Below are positions 33,243 to 41,316 of a DNA stretch of 64,000 nt, piece after piece (within the stretch, counting starts at the first letter, position 1; each line of letters starts with the position of its first letter). A program made the position numbers and the translations under genes. The notes beneath the pieces are model-generated. The model had not been told where the DNA came from, ran no database searches, and saw only the letters and a program-made list of their open reading frames with translations. Source of the DNA: an uncultured delta proteobacterium (GTDB lineage: Bacteria > Myxococcota > Kuafuiibacteriia > Kuafuiibacteriales > Kuafuiibacteriaceae); the NCBI GenBank assembly GCA_963803435.1, contig CAWDML010000009.1:416001-480000 (forward strand), in the 5' to 3' direction.

Positions 33243-34333
33243 GGGTACACCAGCGCGCGCTTGACGATCGCGCGATAGGCCTCCGGCGCCTCCACCATCG
33301 GGAAGTGTCCGGTGTCGGGAAGAATGAAGTGCTGCGCCCCGGCGATCTGCGTGGCGTACGTCTCGGCCGCGTCGGCCGGGATCGGATCGCAGGGTCCGGA
33401 GATGATGGTCGTCGGTGCGCGGACCTGGGCGAGCTGCGGAGCCCAGTCGTAGCTCGAGTCCCGCAGGTCCCGATCGATGTAGATGAAGCCGGCGCGGAAG
33501 TCGGCGTACCGGAACGTCATCGTGTCGAAGAGCGCGCGGTTGTCCTCGCACAGGTAGTGGGGGCCCTCGATGTGCCACAGCTCGAGCGAGCAGGCCTGAA
33601 CGTCGCCGCGGCAGTCGGGCTCGCGCGTGATCTCGAGGAACCGCTCGCGGTCGGCGGTCGAGAGGCGTGCGGAGACCTCGGCGTGGAAGATCGCGTGCTG
33701 GAGGATGTCGGCGGGGTAGGGCGCGGTCAGGACCAGGCGGCTCACCCGATCCGGGTGCAGGCGCGCGTAGTGGGCCGCCACCGCCGCGCCGTAGCCGTGA
33801 CCCATGATGTCGACCTTCGAGGCGTCGGTACGCTCGCCGACGAATTCGACGACGTTGTCGACGTCCTCCAGGTGGGCGTCCAGGTTGATGGCCGCGTCGG
33901 TGCTGGAGAGCGTCCCGAAGCCGGAGCGTCCGGTGGCCCGCAGGTCGAAGAACACCAGCAGCCGATCCGGGTTCTCGACACCGCCCGGACCGAGCAGGAA
34001 CGCCATCGGCTCGACCAGGTACTCGTGCCCGATGCTCGGGCCGGTGTTGATGAACAGGAGCGGCGGCATGGTCGAGGTGAGCGTACCGCGCAGGCGGATG
34101 TAGATCCGAACGCCGCCGATCTCTTCGGGACCCTCGAGCAAGGTCGCCGGATCCGAGAAGCCCGCGTCGCTCGGGGCGCTGGGACCGCTGTCCCGGGGCT
34201 CGGCGGCGTCCTCGGGTTGCCCGGCGTCGCCCGGATCGACGGCGGCGTCCGCATCGGGGGAGGGTGCCGCGGTCTCGTGGTCACACGCCAGCGCGATGCC
34301 CGAGAGGAGGCCGATCGCGAGGAGGCTTCGCAC
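33239..34333 (-). CDS. alpha/beta-hydrolase-fold lipoprotein (proline iminopeptidase-like) with the nucleophile Ser replaced by Gly
   Basis: 'FDLRATGRS', elbow reads GHGYG, 'GPCDP', 'GHFPMVE'. Confidence 0.85.
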   Translation of the reverse strand: MRSLLAIGLLSGIALACDHETAAPSPDADAAVDPGDAGQPEDAAEPRDSGPSAPSDAGFSDPATLLEGPEEIGGVRIYIRLRGTLTSTMPPLLFINTGPSIGHEYLVEPMAFLLGPGGVENPDRLLVFFDLRATGRSGFGTLSSTDAAINLDAHLEDVDNVVEFVGERTDASKVDIMGHGYGAAVAAHYARLHPDRVSRLVLTAPYPADILQHAIFHAEVSARLSTADRERFLEITREPDCRGDVQACSLELWHIEGPHYLCEDNRALFDTMTFRYADFRAGFIYIDRDLRDSSYDWAPQLAQVRAPTTIISGPCDPIPADAAETYATQIAGAQHFILPDTGHFPMVEAPEAYRAIVKRALVYP

Positions 34334-34440
34334 ACCTTGGCGCTAGCCAACGGGCGTTCACGAGTCAATCCTGGGGGCTTTCAGCCCTCCGCGATCGTTC
34401 CGATGCCGGCGCCCCGTCCTACGGGGGAGACTCGCGCGCG

Positions 34441-35700
34441 ATGACGCGCCTGCCCCTGATCGCGCTGCTCCTGGCCGGCTGCTCGGGCGAGGAGGTCTTC
34501 GAGACCCCCGAGCCGCCCCCGATCGGGTTTCAGCTCCACATGAAGCCGGTGACGATCGCCCCGGGCGACGACATCGAGTTCTGCACCTACTTCAACCTGG
34601 ACACGCCGGAGGCCCTGGCCGCCGAAGGGAAGCCGTTCCTGCTCCAGGACATGATCGTGAACGGAGTCGATCCTTCGGCCGACGAGATCGCGGTGAACCG
34701 GATCGATGTGCGCGGAGCGAAGGGGCTCCACCACATCCAGATCCTCGCGATCCAGAACGACCTGGAGGACGTGCCCGACAAACACATCTTCGAGTGCGCC
34801 GTCGACCTGTTCGGCGGCCCGCTGACCGGCGACGTCGACCCCCTGTTCTTCACCTCGCGCTCCGACCTCGAGATTGACTACCCGGCGGGTGCCGCCCGGG
34901 TGCTGGCACGCGTCCCCGACAAGGACGACCCGACCAAGACCCGCGGCACGCAGCTGCTCTACAACTTCCACTACCTGAACCCGACCACCGAGCCCATCCA
35001 GGCCGAGGTCGTGGTCAACCTGCACGTGGTGCCGCGCGAGACCGTGCAGCACCCGGTGCGGAGCGCATGGTGGAACTACGTCTACTTCGACGTGAAGCCC
35101 GACGTGACCTCGACGGCGACCGGCCACGGGTCGTTTCTGGTCGACGTCGACCTCCTGGGCATGACCTCGCACCAGCACGAGACCGGATCCCGCTTCACGT
35201 ACGCGATGGGCGGCGAGCAGGTCTACGAGAACAGGGACTGGAGCGAACCCACCTACCTCCAGTATCCGGAGCCGCGGTTCGTGCCGAAGGGCGAGCCCAT
35301 CGACTTCACTTGCGAGTGGAAGAACCACTTCGGAGCCAGCCGGTACTTCGGTCTCCAGGCAGACGACGAGATGTGCACTGCGATCATCGAGTACTACCCA
35401 CACGTCGAGGCCGAGGCCGAGGCGCTGCTCGAGATGCAACGCCAGCAGGAGATGATGGACATGGGTTCGAGCTTCGGAGGCTCTCCGGTCACGCTCGAGA
35501 GCTTCCTCGGCTTCCCGGACGAGCTGCTGGAGAAGATCGTGACCGACCCCGATCACGCGTTCGAGTACATCGACAAGAACATCATTTGCGGCATCGGGCT
35601 CAACTTCAAACAGATGGAGCGTCAGTATGGCCGATCGCCGGACTCGCTGATGTCGATCCAGGCGCTCGTCGATTTCCTGGAGCCGATCTGCCGCCTCTGA
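34441..35700 (+). CDS. copper type II ascorbate-dependent monooxygenase-like lipoprotein (PHM/DBH fold)
   Basis: Lipobox LAGC; CuH ligands GLHH and FHY; CuM ligands SHQH and DEMC. Confidence 0.8.
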   Translation: MTRLPLIALLLAGCSGEEVFETPEPPPIGFQLHMKPVTIAPGDDIEFCTYFNLDTPEALAAEGKPFLLQDMIVNGVDPSADEIAVNRIDVRGAKGLHHIQILAIQNDLEDVPDKHIFECAVDLFGGPLTGDVDPLFFTSRSDLEIDYPAGAARVLARVPDKDDPTKTRGTQLLYNFHYLNPTTEPIQAEVVVNLHVVPRETVQHPVRSAWWNYVYFDVKPDVTSTATGHGSFLVDVDLLGMTSHQHETGSRFTYAMGGEQVYENRDWSEPTYLQYPEPRFVPKGEPIDFTCEWKNHFGASRYFGLQADDEMCTAIIEYYPHVEAEAEALLEMQRQQEMMDMGSSFGGSPVTLESFLGFPDELLEKIVTDPDHAFEYIDKNIICGIGLNFKQMERQYGRSPDSLMSIQALVDFLEPICRL

Positions 35701-35840
35701 GGCGCGCGCTCAGCGGAGCAACCTGGAGAGGTCGCCCGCGACGGTCTTCTTCTCATCGAGGGCGATGCGGGCGCGATGGACGAAGGGATAGAGCGCTTGG
35801 CTGATCAGCGCGAGCATCGTGGGCTCACCGTATCACCGAA

Positions 35841-37394
35841 TCACCAGCGCTTGCCGACCAGGAGCGTGAGGGCGACCGCCGGAACCGCGGCGAGCTCGGG
35901 CTGTCCATCCGCGGCCTCGCGCCGGAGCACGAAGAGAAGGCCCGACACCTCCACGCCGGCGAACGCGCCGTGGCTGAGCTCCGCCGTGAGCGCGACGCTG
36001 GCGCTCGCATGGCCTGCGGCCGTGAGGCGATCGGGCGCCCGCCCGGTGGTGACGAAGGCTTGGCGCAGGAACGCGGCCCCCGCCCCCAGACCCAGCTCGA
36101 GGCTGACGATCGGGAAGTCGAAGCTGTGGGTGACCCGCAGGCCCACCTCGATCTCCTGCGTGACGACCTCGAGGAACCCGTTGGAGAAGCCCGAGGCGCA
36201 CAGGCTGGCCGTCGGCAAGAGCGAGACGGCCTCGAGATCGATGGTGTAGCCGACCAGCGCGCCCTGGCAGATCTCCGCGCCGCGCCACAGCGGGGAGCGG
36301 CCGCGATAGCCGATGAACGGGCCGTGCGAGAGCGAGGTCTCGCCGCGTCCCTTTCGGACCAGGCGCGCGTACTCGATCCGATCCAGCTCGCGCTCCGCGA
36401 CGGTCACGCGCTGGCCCGCCTCGGCCACGATCGTCCCCTCGAGCAGATGATCGCGGGCGCGCGAGCGGACGAAGTATCGCCCCGGCTTCACGCTGAGCGT
36501 GCGTGCGCGGTCGAGTGCGCCGACCTCCGCGACTACGGAGCCGTCCGCGGATCCCTGCATCACCAGGAAAGCGTGGCCGGGCGGCAGCTCGACGGTGGCG
36601 CGACCTTCGCGACGCGTGACGTTGGTCAGGATCAGATCGGCGCGGCCGTGGATCTCGTAGCGAAACGTCGGATGCTGCGGGCCGACCAGCGAGCGGCTGC
36701 TCGCCCGCAGCGTGCTCTCGTAGGCGTAGGCGTACGCCTCGCCCAGGGAGATGCGCTCGTCGCGATCCGCGTCGGCCGCGCCGAGCAACCCCGAGACGAA
36801 GTAGCTGGTGAAGAACGAGCCGCGGAGCGCCTCGGACTCCTGGGCGTCCTCGTTCGCCGAGCTCGAGGTGAGAAAGACCGTTCCCTCCCCCGAGAGGCGC
36901 TCCTCGATGCGGATCGGAAACGGGGGCGCCGGAGCGCCGCCCTTCACCTGTGTCAGCGCGCCCGAGCGGCAGGCGTCGACCAGGAGGACGCGGTACTTGG
37001 CCGCCGAGCCGCGGACCAGCTGCTCCAGCTCGTCGAGCAGGATCTCGGAGCCGCCGAGGTGAAGGCCTTTGGCGTCGGCGTGGCCCGAGTAGTAGACGAA
37101 CAGCAGCGGCTCCACCGAGGGATCCTCGACGCGCGCGCGGATCCGATCGTTGAGCGAGACCAGCGTTCGGCGCATCAGGGACGCGTCCTTGCCGGTGATG
37201 AGGATCAGGTCTTGCGGCGGGAAGTCGCCCAGATCCTCGAGCACACCGGCCACCTTGCGCGCGTCCTCCTCCGCATACCGGAGGTCCTGCTCGTCGCCGG
37301 CGCCGTGATTGTTCCCGACGATCAGCGCGAAGCGCTCCACGTCGGCGTAGGCGGTGCCGGGGAGGAGCGCGGCGAGGAGCAGCCAGCGGATCAC
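35841..37394 (-). CDS. exported caspase-like (C14) peptidase with a C-terminal beta-barrel-like domain
   Basis: Signal peptide; 'LRYAEEDA', His-Cys dyad YYSGHA / VDACRSG, 'AQES', 'GSFFT', 'QHP'; amphipathic beta-strands ending in W. Confidence 0.88.
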   Translation of the reverse strand: MIRWLLLAALLPGTAYADVERFALIVGNNHGAGDEQDLRYAEEDARKVAGVLEDLGDFPPQDLILITGKDASLMRRTLVSLNDRIRARVEDPSVEPLLFVYYSGHADAKGLHLGGSEILLDELEQLVRGSAAKYRVLLVDACRSGALTQVKGGAPAPPFPIRIEERLSGEGTVFLTSSSANEDAQESEALRGSFFTSYFVSGLLGAADADRDERISLGEAYAYAYESTLRASSRSLVGPQHPTFRYEIHGRADLILTNVTRREGRATVELPPGHAFLVMQGSADGSVVAEVGALDRARTLSVKPGRYFVRSRARDHLLEGTIVAEAGQRVTVAERELDRIEYARLVRKGRGETSLSHGPFIGYRGRSPLWRGAEICQGALVGYTIDLEAVSLLPTASLCASGFSNGFLEVVTQEIEVGLRVTHSFDFPIVSLELGLGAGAAFLRQAFVTTGRAPDRLTAAGHASASVALTAELSHGAFAGVEVSGLLFVLRREAADGQPELAAVPAVALTLLVGKRW

Positions 37395-37395
37395 G

Positions 37396-38091
37396 TCAGG
37401 GCGCCTTCTTCCACTCGAGCCGTGCCTCGCGGCACCCGTCGACGGCCGGCGGGCGGCCTGCATGCCGGAGCTCGACCTCGATCCCTCGCAGATCGATCGG
37501 AGCGGCGCAGAAGAGCGCGAAGATTCGCTCGGGTCCGAGCACGCCGTCCAGGCGCGTGCTGATCGGGAGCAGCATGTCGGCGCCGGCCGGCTCGGCGCGC
37601 GTGCGATCGCCGGCCGGATAGTAGCGGCTGACCGCGCCGGCGCCGTCGATGCTGAAGATGCCCAGATGGACAGGCTCGGCCGCGGTGTACGAGAACCGGA
37701 TCGCGTCGTGCGCCGCCACCGTCTCGCCGTCGGTCCCGCGCCGGACCTGGTCTCCGTGCTGGACGTAGAAGCCCAGCACCGGTCCGCCCTTGAGGCCGAG
37801 CCGGTCGGGCTCGCGGGGGGCGAAGAACAGCGCCGTGAGGCCGGCCGCCAGCGCCACGCCGACCGCGCCGGGCCAAGGCCATCGCGAAGCCCTCGCACCC
37901 GACTCCGCTCGCAGGGGCCCGGCTTCGCGGTCGAAGCGAGCCCGTGCGTCCACGAGGGTACGGTGGCGGGCGGCACAGCGCTCGCAGGCCGCCAGGTGCG
38001 GATCGCTCGCGCCCTCGCCGACCAGCCGATCGAGCGCGAGGTCGGAGAGGCAGCCCTCGGGCCGCGTGCGCTCAAACGGAGAGCCGGTCAT
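37396..38091 (-). CDS. anti-sigma factor: zinc finger (HLAACERC) + TM helix + DUF4384-like domain
   Basis: H-x3-C-x2-C motif, hydrophobic helix, 'LKGG', 'LDGVLGPERIFALFC'. Confidence 0.8.
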   Translation of the reverse strand: MTGSPFERTRPEGCLSDLALDRLVGEGASDPHLAACERCAARHRTLVDARARFDREAGPLRAESGARASRWPWPGAVGVALAAGLTALFFAPREPDRLGLKGGPVLGFYVQHGDQVRRGTDGETVAAHDAIRFSYTAAEPVHLGIFSIDGAGAVSRYYPAGDRTRAEPAGADMLLPISTRLDGVLGPERIFALFCAAPIDLRGIEVELRHAGRPPAVDGCREARLEWKKAP

Positions 38092-38584
38092 CGCTCGCGC
38101 TCCTTTCCCGCTGGATGTGCTCGCGGAAGCGCGCCAGCAGATCGCCGACGTGACGGCGCGAGCAGCCCATCACCTCGGCGATCTCGGCGTGCGTCATCTG
38201 ATCGAAGTAGTAGTGCACCGCCACCTGGGCCAGCGCCTCCGGGAGCTTCGCGAGGATCTCCCGCGCCGCGGCCATCCCTTCCATGTCGGCGTCCGGGAGC
38301 GGTGGGGGCGCCGCCGCGTGGGCCTCGAGGAGGCGGAGGCGCGTCTTCTGGTCGCGGATCCGGTTGAGGCAGCTGTGGGTCGTCACGCTGTAGAGGAACG
38401 TGAGGATCGTGCTGCGCCCGCGGAACTGCTCGGGGCGATCGAGCAGGGAGGTGAAGATCTCCTGGACCACCTCGCGCGCCTCCTGGGCATCGCCGAGGAT
38501 CTTTCTGGCGCGCCGCTCCACCGAGTGCCCGTAGTCTCGATACGCCCGCTCGATGGCGGCCGGGTCGAGCCGTGGATCGCTCAG
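38072..38584 (-). CDS. ECF RNA polymerase sigma factor (probable CTG start)
   Basis: Region 2 'AREVVQEIF...FLYSVTTHSCLNRIR'; region 4 'MTHAEIAEVMGCSRRHV'; GGAGG 6 nt before CTG. Confidence 0.88.
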   Translation of the reverse strand: MSDPRLDPAAIERAYRDYGHSVERRARKILGDAQEAREVVQEIFTSLLDRPEQFRGRSTILTFLYSVTTHSCLNRIRDQKTRLRLLEAHAAAPPPLPDADMEGMAAAREILAKLPEALAQVAVHYYFDQMTHAEIAEVMGCSRRHVGDLLARFREHIQRERSASDDRLSV

Positions 38585-39346
38585 GGCCCACCTCCCGCGA
38601 TCCCGAAGGCCTCTTCGACCGCGTCGGGGAGCGCGAACACGGGCAGGCGGAGCAGGGCGAGATCGGGGGTCAGCCGGATCGGGACCTCGGTGCTCTCGCC
38701 GTTCTCGGGCGGCGACAGCGGCGCGATCATCGGCGCGCAGGCGCTCGAGGTCTGACCGGCCGCCTTGCAGTCGCGGATGGCCTCGAGGTCGGTGCCGCCC
38801 TTGCCGCTGGCCCGCATCAGGTGGAAGCCGCGCGGCGGCGCCCCGGCGAGGATCTCCTCGGCCCAGGATCCCGACGGCACCTCGCCTTCGACGTACACAT
38901 AGACGTAGTCCTCCGCCCACCCGAGCACGTCGCCCGGGTGCACGCCCTTGATGTCGGCGTGGGCGAGCACGTTCTTCCCCGGGGGCGTCGCGCCCGCGCG
39001 GAGCACGAGGATCCAGGCGAAGCCGAGCCGCGGCTCGCCGGTGCCGGCCGATGCGATCCTCCGGCAGCGTGTTGAGCGCGTCGGCCGGCGGCGGCAGGTG
39101 GAGCGTCATCGTGAAGCCCGAAGGGAAGGTTCCCTCCACCGGGACGCGCGTCCCCACGACGGTCCCGGGATCGCTCTTCCAGTTGATCCACGCCAGGATC
39201 ACCTCGGCCGGCGGCGGAGCGGCGGGGAAGTCGCTGGTGATCGTGCCGTGGAGCGCGCCGATCGCCTCGCCCTGGTAGTCCGTGGAGACCGCAGGATCGC
39301 AGGCAAGGAGCAGCACCAGCGGGGCCCCGATCCCTCGGTTCACCAC
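38581..39346 (-). CDS. lipoprotein upstream of the ECF/caspase operon; one extra base near 39053
   Basis: Lipobox LLAC; 'DYQGE', 'GTFPSGF...PPP'; C-terminal half lies in frame 38581..39006. Confidence 0.7.
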
Positions 39347-40608
39347 GGGAGCCTACTCCCTCGGATCCGGGCGAGCATCCGCAGTCGATCCGAAGGCCGG
39401 CTCACGGCTGGGACGCGACGTTGTCGGCCATCTGCGCGGCACCAGCCCCTGGTCTCGGCGTCTTCGATCAGCTCCAGCGCTCTCCGGAGCCGGGGCTCGG
39501 TGAAGCGGCCGTAGGTGTCGACCGAGAGCTCCGCCTCGCCGCGGGCGGCGGCCTCCACGCGTGTCACGATCGCCCGCTCCTCGGCCGGCGTGAGGACCTC
39601 GATGCGGCCCACCAGCGTCCGCACCAGCTCGACCGGCGCGGGATCGATCGTGATCGGGAGGAGCTCGTCGGTCCAGGCGCGCGGCGCCAGATAGAGCACG
39701 CGCGTGCCGGGCGCGGTGAAGTAGCTCTGCTCCCAGGTGTCGACCATGGCGCGCGCCTCGTCGGGGAAGAGGCCGCCCTCGATCAGCGCCGCGGCCACCA
39801 GGTCCTTGGCGCGGGCGACGTAGGCATCGATCGGATCCAGCGCGCGGGGGATCGCCGCCTCGCGATCGCTGCGGGGCGCGAGGGCGCCGGCAGCCGTGAT
39901 CGCGCCGCCGCCGCCGGTCACCTCGAGGACGAAGGCCGCCGGGATCGCGTCGTCGGAGCCGTTGTGCAGCGTGACGCGATCGTCGCCGGAGGTGATCCGG
40001 AGCGGCCGCTCGAAGCGCGCCAGCCCGCGGTAGAAGATGAAGCGCTCGTCCTCGGTGGCGCCCCGATCGCGGGTGCGCACCCCGAGGGCGGCCACCCGCC
40101 GCGCCGGCGCCCAGATGCTGCCGGCCGGGACCTCGGGGGGCGCGAAGCCGGCGCCGTCGGGATCGACGAGATCCACGTCCCATCGCGCCTCGCCCTCGCC
40201 CATGCGCGACATCTCACCGATCGGGGGCGCGATCGCGGCCGCGTCCGGGTACCACTCGGAGATGATCCCCTGCGGGAAGCGGACGTCGACGGTGACACGC
40301 TCGGGACGGCCGCCGTAGAAGTAGAGCACCGGCGTCTCGAGCTTCTGGTTCACGGGCTCGGGGAGGTTGTCGATGCCCTTGACGCCGGGCGCGTTGGGCG
40401 CGCGGGCGTAGACGAAGGGCGGCAACAGATTCTCGGCGTGGTGGAGACCGTCCATCGACCGGCCGTCGGAGGATTGGAGCGAGGTGTAGGTCCCCCACTC
40501 GTGGACCACTCGCCCGTGGGTTGCACGAGCTGGCGCCGCGATGCGGTCCGTCGGTCCCACGCAGGCCGAGAGGGCGAGCGCGACGAGGGCGAGGCGGGGT
40601 GCATGCAT
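39340..40608 (-). CDS. conserved hypothetical lipoprotein
   Basis: Lipobox LSAC; 'VHEWGTYT', 'ETPVLYFY', 'ISEWYP', 'GLFPDEARAMVDTW'; 3' end uncertain. Confidence 0.8.
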   Translation of the reverse strand: MHAPRLALVALALSACVGPTDRIAAPARATHGRVVHEWGTYTSLQSSDGRSMDGLHHAENLLPPFVYARAPNAPGVKGIDNLPEPVNQKLETPVLYFYGGRPERVTVDVRFPQGIISEWYPDAAAIAPPIGEMSRMGEGEARWDVDLVDPDGAGFAPPEVPAGSIWAPARRVAALGVRTRDRGATEDERFIFYRGLARFERPLRITSGDDRVTLHNGSDDAIPAAFVLEVTGGGGAITAAGALAPRSDREAAIPRALDPIDAYVARAKDLVAAALIEGGLFPDEARAMVDTWEQSYFTAPGTRVLYLAPRAWTDELLPITIDPAPVELVRTLVGRIEVLTPAEERAIVTRVEAAARGEAELSVDTYGRFTEPRLRRALELIEDAETRGWCRADGRQRRVPAVSRPSDRLRMLARIRGSRLPW

Positions 40609-40694
40609 GCCGGGTGAGGACCGCGACCCTCCGGTTTTGGGCACGCGCCGCGCCGCGTCAGGGAAGGCCCGGGCGCGGGACGCGTACGAGAGGC

Positions 40695-41273
40695 GTGCAC
40701 CGTCTCCTCGCGCCGATCCTCGTCCTCTCCACCCTGGCCTGCGCCCCGCTGGTGTCCCAGCGGCGCCGGACGGAGAAGCCTGCAGCCCGGGTGGCCCAGG
40801 TCGCGCCGCCGAAGGCGCCGGCGCCCGCCCCGGTCGTGGTGGCCCGCGCCGAGCCCGTCGCGCCCCCGCCGCCCGCGCCCCCGCCCGTCGCCCCCCCGGC
40901 CGTCGAGCCCGCGCCGGCCAAGGCGTCCGCCGAACGGACCACCTTCTACGCCTTCTCTGACGTGGAGGTGGCCAAGCTCAAGAAGCACAACCGCACCTTC
41001 GCCAAGCTGGTGACCCAGCACCGGACCTGCACCACCAAGTCGGAGCGGATGATCGCGAAGCGGGAGCAGCTCCGTGATCAGATCATCGAGCTGCAGAACC
41101 GGGAGACGCGCACCGCCGCCGAGGAACGCCGGCTCACCTCCCTCCGCGCCGAGGAGCGGCGGATGAAACAGGACCGGCGCGCGCTCGCCACCTGCGAGCC
41201 CCTCGAGCGAAAGCTGACCGAGATGCTGCAGGCAGAGTACGGGACGACCGCGAGCTTGGATGACGTGTACTGA
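40695..41273 (+). CDS. lipoprotein with a Pro/Ala linker and coiled coil
   Basis: GTG start, lipobox TLAC, PA-rich stretch, helical C-terminus with two Cys. Confidence 0.7.
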   Translation: MHRLLAPILVLSTLACAPLVSQRRRTEKPAARVAQVAPPKAPAPAPVVVARAEPVAPPPPAPPPVAPPAVEPAPAKASAERTTFYAFSDVEVAKLKKHNRTFAKLVTQHRTCTTKSERMIAKREQLRDQIIELQNRETRTAAEERRLTSLRAEERRMKQDRRALATCEPLERKLTEMLQAEYGTTASLDDVY

Positions 41274-41316
41274 CCCATTATGTGACCGCGACCGTGGAGG
41301 GGCGCGCGCGGAGGCC

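Noticed and set aside
38072-39346. Lipoprotein-ECF sigma fusion
   Set aside because: Created by the extra base near 39053; correcting it gives two genes.
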